DNA from: a bacterium
Lineage (GTDB): Bacteria; UBA8248; JACPRG01; G963555815
Length of the DNA stretch: 64,000 nt
Assembly (NCBI GenBank): GCA_965261595.1
Contig: CBDHDG010000004.1
Location: forward strand, 544,001 to 608,000
Direction: 5' to 3'
Under the pieces are notes generated by a model, which worked only from the letters and a program-made list of their open reading frames with translations, did no database searches and was not told where the DNA came from. A program made the translations under genes and the position numbers. Positions 9,437-18,895 of this stretch are shown one piece after another. Position 1 is the stretch's first letter, and each line of letters begins with the position of its first letter.

Positions 9437-10966
9437 ATGGAAAAAGAAACCCGTCCCTTACTGCATCTAAGCGGGATCGTAAAACGGTTCCCCGGAGTCC
9501 TCGCGCTGAGCGGCGTGGATTTCGATTTGGAACCGGGCGAGGTGCACGTGCTGCTGGGGGAGAACGGCGCCGGAAAGAGCACCCTGATTAAGATCATCTC
9601 CGGCGTGTACACCCCCGATGAAGGCGAGGTTCGCTTCAACGGGGAACCCGTGAAAATCGATAACCCACACGACGCCATGGCCCGCGGCATCGCGACCATC
9701 CATCAGGAATTCAGCTTGGTCCCGGACATGACGGTCGCAGAGAATATCTCCCTGGGCAAAGAGCCGACCCGGGGAAACGTCTTCATCAAGTCCAAGGAAA
9801 TGGTGAAGACGGCCGGCGAGATCCTGCGGAAGCTGGGACTCGAGCTGCACCCCCAGCGAAAGGTCCGCGCCCTTCGCATCGGCGAGCAGCAGATGGTCGA
9901 AATCGCCAAGGCCCTTTCCATCGAGTCGAGGGTCTTGATCCTGGATGAGCCCACCGCCGCCCTCACCGACAAAGAGATCGAGCACCTGTTCGAGATCATT
10001 CAGGGGCTGAAGCGTCAAGGCGTCGGGATCATCTACATCTCCCACCGGCTGGAAGAGATCCGGGAGATCGGCGATCGGGTGACAGTCCTTCGGGACGGTC
10101 GGCGCGTCGGAACCCGGAAGCTCGCGGACACCAATGTGGACGAGCTCATCTCCATGATCGTGGGAGAGGAAATCAAGGAAAAATTCCCAAAGAAGCCGGC
10201 GCCGGTGGGCCGGGAGTTGATGCGGGTCGAGGGCCTCACGGCGGACGGCGATTTCTCAGGCATCTCCTTTTCGGTGTTCGAGGGAGAGGTGCTGGGGTTC
10301 GCAGGACTGCTGGGCGCCGGCCACAAGGAGTTGGTTCGCGCGATCATCGGGCTTTCCCCTTATCGGAGCGGTCGAATCCTCATCTCGGGCAAGCCGGTGA
10401 AGATCACCCAACCGGCCGACGCGATCCGCCGCGGCATGACCTACCTCCCCGCCGACCGAAAGATGGAGGGATTGGTCCTCCCCCTGTCCGTGAAGGACAA
10501 CATCTCGCTGGCCGGCCTCAAGCAATTCGTCCGGGGCGGCCTGCTTAATCTCAAACGGGAGCACCAGACCGCAGGCGACTACTTCGACCGGCTCGGAATC
10601 AAGGCCCCCGGCATCCAGACCCTGGTTCGTTTCCTCTCCGGAGGGAACCAACAAAAGGTCGTCCTGGCCCGGTCCCTGTGCAGTCAAAGCCGAATCTTCC
10701 TGTTCGATGAGCCGACACGGGGCATCGATGTCGGGGCCAAAGTCGAGATTTATCACCTCATCAACGAGCTCGCCAAACAGGGGTCCGCGGTGATCCTCGT
10801 CTCCTCCGAGCTTCCCGAGATTCTCGGCATGTGCGACCGGATCCTGGTGATCCGCGAAGGAAAGCTCATCCGCGAATTCCCGCGCGCCGAAGCCACCCAG
10901 GAGCGAATCCTGCAAACCTTCTTCAGCAAAAATCCTCAGACCGCGGGAACCGCGCGGGAAGCCTGA
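9437..10966 (+). CDS. Sugar ABC transporter ATP-binding protein (RbsA-like, two ABC domains)
   Basis: GENGAGKST, LDEPT, LSGGNQQK and DEPTRGIDVGAK. Confidence 0.94.
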   Translation: MEKETRPLLHLSGIVKRFPGVLALSGVDFDLEPGEVHVLLGENGAGKSTLIKIISGVYTPDEGEVRFNGEPVKIDNPHDAMARGIATIHQEFSLVPDMTVAENISLGKEPTRGNVFIKSKEMVKTAGEILRKLGLELHPQRKVRALRIGEQQMVEIAKALSIESRVLILDEPTAALTDKEIEHLFEIIQGLKRQGVGIIYISHRLEEIREIGDRVTVLRDGRRVGTRKLADTNVDELISMIVGEEIKEKFPKKPAPVGRELMRVEGLTADGDFSGISFSVFEGEVLGFAGLLGAGHKELVRAIIGLSPYRSGRILISGKPVKITQPADAIRRGMTYLPADRKMEGLVLPLSVKDNISLAGLKQFVRGGLLNLKREHQTAGDYFDRLGIKAPGIQTLVRFLSGGNQQKVVLARSLCSQSRIFLFDEPTRGIDVGAKVEIYHLINELAKQGSAVILVSSELPEILGMCDRILVIREGKLIREFPRAEATQERILQTFFSKNPQTAGTAREA

Positions 10967-11140
10967 GAATCTCCTCAGCGCCGCTGGATACGACCATCGC
11001 CGTCGGCCGGATGCTTCCGGGGGAGTGTTCGAGCGGCATCCGAAGCCGAGGGAGCGCCCGGTTCACGCGGAGCGCCCCCATATCCGGGGCCGGCTGGACC
11101 ACGGGGAGCGCGAGCGGCCGGGCTTTCGAAGCTGTGACCG

Positions 11141-13465
11141 TCAGTGTGAGGCCCGGTCCGCCCCGCCCTCCAGCGCCCCCAGGACCCGTTCCGGCGTCAA
11201 GGGGATCGTCTTGATCTGCACGCCGAGGGCGTCATAAACGGCGTTGGCGATGGCGGCGGCCGTGGGCGCCAGACCGGGCTCGCCCACCCCCTTGGCCCCG
11301 TAGGGCCCCTCGGGGTGAGCCTCCTCCACGAGGATCGGGACCAGGGGCGGCAGGTCCAGCGTGCAGGGGATCTTGTAGTCTATCAGGTTCGGGTTCAACA
11401 CCCTCCCATCCTCCAAGGACATCTCCTCGAACAGCGCCGTTCCGATCCCCTGCCCCAGGGCCCCTTCAACCTGCCCGGTGCACCCGTTGGGGTTGATGGC
11501 CCGGCCCACGTCATGGGCCGCGCTGAGTTTGAGGATTTGGACCTCACCCGTCTCCTCATCCACCTCGACCTCCGCTGCCTGGGCGGCGAACATCCAGAAG
11601 ACCGCCGGCTTGTCTCCCTGCCCCGTTTCGGGATCGAGAAGCGTGCCGTCCACCGGCGTGTAATGACCGCGGCCGAGGACGGGTCCCCCAACGACGCGCC
11701 CGTCCGGACCGTAAACCCCCATGGACACATCGGCGAAAGAGACCGAGCGCTCGGGCGCCCCCCGGGGGTGGATCCTCCCGTCCCGTGCTTCCAGGTCCTC
11801 CGGCGCGGCCTCCAGCAGGACCGCCGCGGCGCGGAAGAGCTGCTGCTTGGCGTCTCCGGCGGCCAGGCGCACCGCGTTGCCGTCGAAGAAGGTCGTCTTG
11901 CTGGCGGAGGTCTCCCACCCGTACGGGGTCATAGCGGTATCGGGTTGTCCCATCGAGATCCTCCGGGGGTCGAGGCCCAGGACTTCCGCCGCGATCTGCC
12001 GCAGGATGGTGTGAGCGCCCTGGCCGTGCTCCACCGCGCTGGAGAGAAGGACCGCGCTTCCGTCTTCATTGATCTTGATGGCCGATTGGACGTGCGCTCC
12101 GGTGACGGTGAACTTCGACATGCAGGCCAGCCCCCGTCCGCGTCGTTTCCCCGCCCGCTCCACCGTCTCGTCCGGACCGCCGAGCCCGTCCGCGGCCCGG
12201 CGGATGCATTCCTTGAGCCCGACGCTCACGAGGGTCTGCCCGGTCGGCGTGAGGTCACCGGTCTCCACCCCGTTCCGCAGTCTGAGCTCGACGGGGTCCA
12301 TCCCAAGCTCCCGGGCGATGCGATCGACCTGACCCTCGTACCCGAAACAGGTCTCCGGGACGCCGAATCCCCGGTAGGCCCCCGCCACCGGCTTGTTGGT
12401 GTAAACGCAGTAGGAATCGATCCGGACGTTGGGAATCCGGTAGGGGCCGGACGCCGAGTAGCCCGCGTTTCGGGAGATGAGGACCTCATAGTCGCCGTAG
12501 GCCCCCGCTTCCCAGAGAAGACGAACCTCACGGGCCAGAAAATCCCCGTTGGACCCGACGCCCGTCTTGTACGTGATCCGGGCGGGCTGGCGCACGAAGG
12601 TGCAGGTGAACTCCTCCTCTCTGGACATCTCCAGACGCACGGGGCGGTGGTTGCATCTCAGGGAGAGGGCCCCGGCGAGGATCTCGATGACGCCGCTGAT
12701 CTTGCCGCCGAACGCGCCGCCGACGTACGAGCACACGATGCGGACATCGCTCTGGGGAAGCTTCAGCCCCTTGGCCACTTGTTCCCGGGTCAGGTAGGGG
12801 CCCTGGGTGTTGCTCCACAGGGTGAGCTTTCCCTGCGGGGAGAACTGCGCGACACAGGCGTGGGGCTCCAGGGGGCAGTGCTGGACCATGGGGATCTCGA
12901 AGGTATCCTCGAAGATGCGGTCCGATCGCCGGAATCCCCCCTCCACGTCCCCCCGGCGGAGCTTGAAATGGTTGCAGATATTGGTTCCCGGGACCGGAGC
13001 GAAGAGCTTCCGGTTGCACGCGTATTGGCCGAGGTCGGGATGCAGGAGGGGTGCGTCGGGGGCTGCGGCCTCGACGGGATCGAACAGCGGCGGAAGTTCT
13101 TCGTACTCGACCTGGATCAGATCCAGGGCTTCTAGGGCGGCGTCTTCGTCGACGGCGGCCACGCCGGCCACCGCCTCGCCCACGTAACGAACGCGGTCCA
13201 CGGCGTAAATGGGCTGATCGGCCAGCATCATCCCCCAATTCGAATCGGGGTGGTCCGCTCCCGTAACGACCGCCCGGACTCCCGGCAGACGCTTCGCCCG
13301 CTCCGTATCGACGCGCAGAACCCGGGCATGGGGCAAGGGGCTTCTCAGGATCTTCGCGTGGAGCATCCCGGGCCGGACCACGTCCGTCCCGTACACCGCC
13401 ACCCCGCTCGCCTTGTCGTAACCGTCCCCCCGCTCGTAGGAGGCCCCGATCCAGGTTGATTTCAT
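11141..13465 (-). CDS. Xanthine dehydrogenase-family molybdopterin-binding (large) subunit
   Basis: GMLHAKILRSP, GGAFGGK, AYRGFG and GPYGAKGVGE. True start MKSTWIG at 13465 after GGAGGGGGAG. Confidence 0.92.
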   Translation of the reverse strand: MKSTWIGASYERGDGYDKASGVAVYGTDVVRPGMLHAKILRSPLPHARVLRVDTERAKRLPGVRAVVTGADHPDSNWGMMLADQPIYAVDRVRYVGEAVAGVAAVDEDAALEALDLIQVEYEELPPLFDPVEAAAPDAPLLHPDLGQYACNRKLFAPVPGTNICNHFKLRRGDVEGGFRRSDRIFEDTFEIPMVQHCPLEPHACVAQFSPQGKLTLWSNTQGPYLTREQVAKGLKLPQSDVRIVCSYVGGAFGGKISGVIEILAGALSLRCNHRPVRLEMSREEEFTCTFVRQPARITYKTGVGSNGDFLAREVRLLWEAGAYGDYEVLISRNAGYSASGPYRIPNVRIDSYCVYTNKPVAGAYRGFGVPETCFGYEGQVDRIARELGMDPVELRLRNGVETGDLTPTGQTLVSVGLKECIRRAADGLGGPDETVERAGKRRGRGLACMSKFTVTGAHVQSAIKINEDGSAVLLSSAVEHGQGAHTILRQIAAEVLGLDPRRISMGQPDTAMTPYGWETSASKTTFFDGNAVRLAAGDAKQQLFRAAAVLLEAAPEDLEARDGRIHPRGAPERSVSFADVSMGVYGPDGRVVGGPVLGRGHYTPVDGTLLDPETGQGDKPAVFWMFAAQAAEVEVDEETGEVQILKLSAAHDVGRAINPNGCTGQVEGALGQGIGTALFEEMSLEDGRVLNPNLIDYKIPCTLDLPPLVPILVEEAHPEGPYGAKGVGEPGLAPTAAAIANAVYDALGVQIKTIPLTPERVLGALEGGADRASH

Positions 13466-13506
13466 CGTCTCTCCCCCTCCCCCTCCCCTGTCGGCCGCGT
13501 GCGCTG

Positions 13507-14700
13507 TCATTCCCCCCGATCCCTCCAGAACCGGCAGTAGGCGTGATACAGGAGCGACGAGGCGTTTTTCCGCCAACACCGGAGAGAATCTTTCCCTTCG
13601 TGCATCAGGCAGAGGTTGCACGAGGTGCAATCGACGAGCCCGCGTCGCCCGTTTCGGATCTGGTCCACGATATCGGGTTCCCGAATATAGGTCCGGGCCA
13701 TGGCCAGAAAGTCGGCGTCGCCCGAAGAGAGGACCCGCTCCATGGTTTCCGTTGTCCTCAGCCCGCCCACGAGGATCACGGGAATCCCGAGCCGCTTCTT
13801 CATGGCCCGCGCGTACGGCAGAAAGTACGCCTCTCGGCCCGGAGGGGAAGCCAAGCGGTGAAAGAGCCAGTCCCGCGCGGCCCTTCCAGGACCGACGCCG
13901 ATGTATTCCCCGCAACTGTCGCTCTCCTTCTCCATCACGCCGCAAGAGACCTCGATGGCGTCCAGCCCCATCTCCTCCAGCGCAGCGGCCAGATCGACGC
14001 TCTCCGCGACGGTGAGACCCCCCTCGACGGTATCGGCCACGCCCAGTTTCAGCGTCACGGGGATGTCCGGACCCACGACCTCGCGGACCTTCCGGTACAC
14101 CGCAAAGAGAAACCGGCTGCGGCGCTCCGGGTCGCCTCCCCATTCATCCTCCCGGCGGTTGGCGTGGGGCGAGTTGAACTCGCTGGCGAGATACCCGTTC
14201 GCGCTGTGGATGTGAACCCCATCGAATCCGGCTTCGACCGCCCGGTTCGCCCCTCTTCCGAACGCCTCAATCATCTCCTCGATCTGCCGGGGGGTGATCT
14301 CGGCCGGCAGGCGATCGGTCAGGGCGTTGGGGATGACCGAAGGGGCGATGGGCGTGACGGCGGGAACACGGCACTGGCTTCCCGTGTGGGCAAGCTGGGC
14401 GAAGATCCTTCCGCCCTCCCGGTGGACCGTCTGGGCCAACTGGGTGAGGCCGGGTGTGAGGTCGTCATCGTAGATGCCCGTCTGCCGGTGAAAATACTGG
14501 CCCGACGGGTGGATGTAGAGGTGGCAGGTGAAGAGGAGTCCCACACCGCCTCGGGCAAGGTCCCGGTAGAGTGTCTTGAGGTCCTCGGTGACCTCCCCCC
14601 GATCGGAGGCCATGGTCTCCGAGGTCGCCGCCCGGATGAAGCGGTTCTTCAGCGTCAATGAGCCGATCCGGCCCGGTTCGAAGAAGGTGGTTGCCGTCAT
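13507..14700 (-). CDS. NADH:flavin oxidoreductase (Old Yellow Enzyme family)
   Basis: LKNRF, AGFDGVHIHSANGYL, NRREDEWGG and C-terminal CxxCNxC. Confidence 0.92.
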   Translation of the reverse strand: MTATTFFEPGRIGSLTLKNRFIRAATSETMASDRGEVTEDLKTLYRDLARGGVGLLFTCHLYIHPSGQYFHRQTGIYDDDLTPGLTQLAQTVHREGGRIFAQLAHTGSQCRVPAVTPIAPSVIPNALTDRLPAEITPRQIEEMIEAFGRGANRAVEAGFDGVHIHSANGYLASEFNSPHANRREDEWGGDPERRSRFLFAVYRKVREVVGPDIPVTLKLGVADTVEGGLTVAESVDLAAALEEMGLDAIEVSCGVMEKESDSCGEYIGVGPGRAARDWLFHRLASPPGREAYFLPYARAMKKRLGIPVILVGGLRTTETMERVLSSGDADFLAMARTYIREPDIVDQIRNGRRGLVDCTSCNLCLMHEGKDSLRCWRKNASSLLYHAYCRFWRDRGE

Positions 14701-14773
14701 CTCCCGCGCCTCCCCAAAGGGCCACTTCCCTTCCACGGCTCACCGAGCCCACCGTCTGACAGAGCCCACCGGC

Positions 14774-15481
14774 TCATAGGGCGCGAAGGATGCTCTCTTT
14801 CGCGTTGAGAACATGACGCTCCATGGTTTCCGCCGCCTTGGCGGAATCCCCCGACTCCAAATACCGGAGGATCTTCCGATGCTCCTTGTACGCCATGGAG
14901 ACCGGCCGCCGGACCTGCGCCACGTCCAGGTGAATCACGCGCTCCATCCGGTCGAGGACCTGTTCCGTGGCGTCGAAGAGGAGGCGGTTTTTCGCCGCTC
15001 CCGCGATGAGCTCATGGAATCGGCGATTCAATTTCGGGAACTCGGTCAGGACGCCCTCGTCCTCGAATCTCGACGTGGATTCCACGACCCTGCGCAGGGC
15101 CTCCAGCTCTTCCTTGCCGATCCGCTTGGCGGCCAGCCCGGCCGTCCCCCGCTCGATGACGCACCGAAGCTCGAGGGTCTCGAGGACGTCCTGCAGACTG
15201 ATGGGCGAAATCTGATACCCGCGGCCGTGGAGGGACTCGACAAACCCGCCCCGTTGAAGTCAGGCCAGAGCCTCCCGCACCGGGGTCTTGCTGACCCCGA
15301 ACCGATCGGCGAGACTTCCCTCCAGAATGATTTCGCCCGGGGGGAACTGGGTCCGGATGATCTCCTGCTTGAGCTCGGAATAGACCCGCTCTTTGAGCGA
15401 CAGGGCCGAGCCCGCCCCCGTTTGTGACCTCAAGCCGCGCCCCCTTCGGCGCGGCGTTCTCGTGCGGGTCGCGTTTTTCAT
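14774..15481 (-). pseudogene. GntR/FCD transcriptional regulator with an internal nonsense codon
   Basis: The HTH (LADRFGVSKTPVREALA) reads through TGA 15260-15262 in frame into LQRGGFVESLHGRGY and the FCD domain (NRRFH...EH). Confidence 0.85.
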
Positions 15482-15687
15482 TTCCGACCGATCTCAGCCC
15501 TCGGGATGAAATCCGCCATGGGTCATCCCCCGGGCAAAGCAAGACTTCCGGGAACGGCCCGATTGCCGGGGCCCCCGGTTCGCGCCCGCACCGGACTCCC
15601 GGACGCAAGGACGCATGACCCCAGGGCGCAAAGCGGATCCTTTCGCGATTCTCCAGCGGAATTATAACACTGGTCGAAGGGCGAGAA

Positions 15688-15722
15688 ATATCTTGAGCTA
15701 ATATCAGAAAGATATGTATACT
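15688..15722 (+). promoter_or_regulatory. Putative promoter/operator upstream of the second Rid gene
   Basis: TTGAGC-N18-TATACT overlapped by the inverted repeat ATATCTT-N14-AAGATAT, in the gntR/rid divergent gap. Confidence 0.45.
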
Positions 15723-15784
15723 ATTTTTCAGTTCGTTCGAATTTCAGCCATCTTCACCCAACCCATCCAAGGCGGAGGCTGACT

Positions 15785-17050
15785 GTGGGCAAAGAACTGA
15801 TCGAGGCGGATTCCGCGCCGAGGTCCCTGCTGCATGCCCCTCAGGCCGTGCGCAGCGGACCCCTTGTCTTTGTCTCGGGTCTCTACGCGACGGACTTCCA
15901 GACGGGCATCCCCGTCCACTCCAACCCGAACTTCCCCTTCGCGGGGAAAACCGACATCGAGCTTCAAACCGGGTACATCCTGGACAACCTTCAGACGATT
16001 CTCCGCGCGGCCGGGACGGACCTGGACCAGGTGGTCAAGACCGAGGTCTTCCTGACCGATCCCCCCCTGCTTCCCTGGATGGAGGAGGTCTGGCGGGAGC
16101 GGTTTCCCCGGGCCCCCCCGGCCCGGACCCTCATCGAAGTGGGAGACGAGCACATCATTCCCGGGGCGCTGATCGAGGTCTACGCCATCGCCGTCGTCCC
16201 GGACGCGAATACCCGCAAAGAGGTCATCTCGCCCGCGGGTTTCCCCAACGTCCGCGAGCACTGCTCCCCGGCCGTAAAGGCCGGTCCCTTCCTGTTCCAC
16301 TCGGGCCTTCCCGCCACGGACTTCGAGACCGGCATCCCCGTCGGGAAAGATCCAAAATTCCCTTATTACCGGAACAACGCCGAGGACCAGGCGGAGTACG
16401 TCCTGTCCAACATGGAAAGATGCGCCCAGGCCGCGGGGACGACGCTTCAGAACGCCGTCAAGTCACAGCACTATCACGTGGACCGCAACGATTTCCACGA
16501 TATCGACCGCGTCTGGAAAAAGTACATGAACGTTCCGCCGCCGCGAAGCTCGATGGAGATCAAGGGGTTCATGGTGCCGGGGGCGCTCACAACGGCCAAC
16601 CTGATCACCCTCATTCCGGACGAAACCCACCAAAAGCGGGAGGTTCTGTACGACGAGCAGTTTCACCCGGGCATGCGGGGCGTGCATTTTTCGCCAGCTG
16701 TCGAGGCGGGGGAATGGCTCTTCCTGGCGGGTCAGGTCGCCAGCGACTTCAAGGAGCCCGTGTACGGCGTCCACCCGGGAATGCCCCACCACGGTGTCGA
16801 CATCGCGATCCAGACCGAGTACACCCTGAAGAACCTTCAAGCGCTCCTGGAGCACTGCGGGGCAACGCTCGACGATGTCGTCGCGGCCCACATCTACCTC
16901 CTGGAGCCCAGGAGAGACTACCGGGGCTTCGAGCGCGTCTGGCGCCGATTCGTCCCCGACAATCCCCCCGCCCTGACGGTCATTCCCAGTACGGGGATCA
17001 TGTTCCACGGCCCGTTGATCGAGATCGATTTCATCGCGCGCAGAGGATGA
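15785..17050 (+). CDS. Triple-domain Rid family protein
   Basis: Three repeats of (P)AV..G...F.(S/A)G..A.DF...Q..Y.L.N...PP. Confidence 0.88.
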   Translation: MGKELIEADSAPRSLLHAPQAVRSGPLVFVSGLYATDFQTGIPVHSNPNFPFAGKTDIELQTGYILDNLQTILRAAGTDLDQVVKTEVFLTDPPLLPWMEEVWRERFPRAPPARTLIEVGDEHIIPGALIEVYAIAVVPDANTRKEVISPAGFPNVREHCSPAVKAGPFLFHSGLPATDFETGIPVGKDPKFPYYRNNAEDQAEYVLSNMERCAQAAGTTLQNAVKSQHYHVDRNDFHDIDRVWKKYMNVPPPRSSMEIKGFMVPGALTTANLITLIPDETHQKREVLYDEQFHPGMRGVHFSPAVEAGEWLFLAGQVASDFKEPVYGVHPGMPHHGVDIAIQTEYTLKNLQALLEHCGATLDDVVAAHIYLLEPRRDYRGFERVWRRFVPDNPPALTVIPSTGIMFHGPLIEIDFIARRG

Positions 17051-17188
17051 AGAAGGCTCTGCGGGAGAGCCACCCGCCCCCGCGAGATCGTGCGTCCATT
17101 TTCCGGGAGGAATTCCATGAAACCGAAAGCCGTTTAGTCCAGTGGACCGCCCCTGGGTTATTGGACACTCGGGTGAGGGTATTCGACC

Positions 17189-18097
17189 TCATGCGGCCTC
17201 CGCAACTTGAGCGAGTTTTTCCTGCCTTGCCTGGGCCGGCGTTCGGTAGCCGTAGCCCTCGAGAATCCAATGATGGTTGTACAGGTTCTTGAACTCAAGC
17301 AGCGCCCACCGCAGTTCCTCTACGGTGGCGAAAGAGCGCACCCACAGGAGATTCTCCTTCAAGATGCGGATGAACCACTCACAGTAGCCATTTCCCTCGG
17401 GCGCCCGCACGAAGCTGGGCGAACTGGTCATGCCCAGGTAGGCGATCTCCCGCTGAAAGTCATCGGACAGATAGGCGGGGCCGTGGTCGTGACGAACTTT
17501 AAGCCCCTCGGCGACGTCCGCCTCCAAGCCGGCGAAGCGCTCGGCGACCCCCTGCCGGATCGGCTCCAGGGCCTCGAAGCGGTTGCCGCTCTTGGCCGCA
17601 TGGATCCCCACGCAGTCCACCGAGCAGTGATCCACCGCCACGAACACCGAGGCCATCCCCTCCTCGGTGGTCACCGTCGTCGTCATGTCCGTGCCCCACA
17701 CTCGGTCGGGCCGCTCGGTGCGGATGGTCCCGTTGTGGGCCTTGGGACCTCGGGGTTTGCCCACCCGGTGGGGGGCCTGAAGCCCCGCCTCCCGCATCAG
17801 GCGACGCACCCGCTCCTTGCTGGTGCGGATGCCCGCGAAGCGCAGCCTCGCCCACACCTTGCGGTAGCCCTCGCCATGGAAGGGAGAGTCCTCCAGGACC
17901 TGCCGGATGTGGCCGAGGAGTTCCGCATCGGTGCACGGGCCCACAGGGCCGCGCTTATTGGGCGTGGGGCGTTCATGAACGGGGACCGCCTCTCGCCGCC
18001 GTTGCGCGTAGACCGTGGAGCGCGCCAAGCCCCAAAGGGCGCACACCCGCTTCAGGCCGTAGGCTCTGCCCGTGGAGGTGAAGCGGGCCTGACTCAT
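17189..18097 (-). CDS. IS3-family transposase OrfB (DDE)
   Basis: WGTDMT, HDHG and NGYCE; ATGA overlap with orfA. Confidence 0.9.
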   Translation of the reverse strand: MSQARFTSTGRAYGLKRVCALWGLARSTVYAQRRREAVPVHERPTPNKRGPVGPCTDAELLGHIRQVLEDSPFHGEGYRKVWARLRFAGIRTSKERVRRLMREAGLQAPHRVGKPRGPKAHNGTIRTERPDRVWGTDMTTTVTTEEGMASVFVAVDHCSVDCVGIHAAKSGNRFEALEPIRQGVAERFAGLEADVAEGLKVRHDHGPAYLSDDFQREIAYLGMTSSPSFVRAPEGNGYCEWFIRILKENLLWVRSFATVEELRWALLEFKNLYNHHWILEGYGYRTPAQARQEKLAQVAEAA

Positions 18098-18480
18098 CGC
18101 CTCCACCTCCTGCCGGCTAAAGGGCGGCCGGCCTCCAGGCGGTCGATCTTCTCCCGCAGGACCTCGCCCTCCATCGTGAGTTCGCCCACCTTGGCCTTGA
18201 GCCGGGCGTTCTCCTCGTCCCGCTCATCCGCCGGGCGGGCTTTGAGCGCCGCCTCGCCCCCGCGAAGGAACGCCTCGCGCCAGGCGGAAAGCCGAGCCGC
18301 TGTCGTGCCCAACTCGCGGCAGAGCGTCTCCAGGCTCTCGCCCCGCAAAAGACGCAGGACCGCCTCCCGCTTGCGCTGGCAGGAGAACCGACCCCGCTCA
18401 CTGCGATGCCCTGGGGCCTTGGCTCCGTTCGCCCTGCGGGCGCCCTCCGCCAAAGCCCCCTCTTGCTTTTGTTCGTTCAT
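18094..18480 (-). CDS. IS3-family transposase OrfA
   Basis: HTH plus leucine-zipper-like LKAKVGELTME. Confidence 0.85.
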   Translation of the reverse strand: MNEQKQEGALAEGARRANGAKAPGHRSERGRFSCQRKREAVLRLLRGESLETLCRELGTTAARLSAWREAFLRGGEAALKARPADERDEENARLKAKVGELTMEGEVLREKIDRLEAGRPLAGRRWRR

Positions 18481-18667
18481 CGCGACACCCCTTTCTCCAT
18501 GAATCATGGATCAATCGAGTGTCCAACAAAACCCTAGAGCGGGGGACCAGCGCCCCACACCCCGGCGCATTACATGGTCTTTTGGCAGATCGAGGCACGC
18601 TTTGATCCCAAGTAATGATCCCAAAAGAAAGGGAATTATATAGATAAGTGGCACGCTCCCTGCTAGG

Positions 18668-18874
18668 CTAGGAGGGGCGTGAAAGGCTGGCTCTCTTGGG
18701 CTTCTCCAGGTAGGCGACTTCGACGGGACGGGTCAGGGCGCGCATGACTTCGGTCGGCGTGGGCACCGACCCGTCCGCGTTCCTCAGCACCGTCTGTTCT
18801 TCCTGCTCGGCCTTCGTCGGCTGGTACTCCGGGTGGGTCAGCTTGATAGGCTTCCGCTTGCCCTTGGTCTTCAT
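18668..18874 (-). CDS. Small hypothetical passenger protein
   Basis: RBS GAGGAG before ATG; 68 aa; inside the IS1595 element. Confidence 0.55.
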   Translation of the reverse strand: MKTKGKRKPIKLTHPEYQPTKAEQEEQTVLRNADGSVPTPTEVMRALTRPVEVAYLEKPKRASLSRPS

Positions 18875-18895
18875 CGGGTTTTCTCCTCGCAGGGA

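Larger units (their letters stand above)
17143..18546 (-). mobile_element. IS3-family IS, copy 1 (1404 bp)
   Basis: Ends TCCCCCGCTCTAGGG and CAGGGGCGGTCCA; 4-bp target site duplication (TSD) CCAG. Confidence 0.95.

Noticed and set aside
11141..14143. 1000-aa ORF as a novel fusion
   Set aside because: The first ~225 codons are an off-frame overlap with the OYE gene; the RBS and family motifs start at 13465.
15260..15262. Second in-frame TGA (gntR) as selenocysteine
   Set aside because: It lies in the HTH helix where Arg is typical, with no Cys motif and no convincing SECIS; best read as a nonsense mutation.
17207..18502. 431-aa antisense ORF repeated in every IS copy
   Set aside because: GC-rich shadow of the transposase; it is conserved only because the copies are near-identical.
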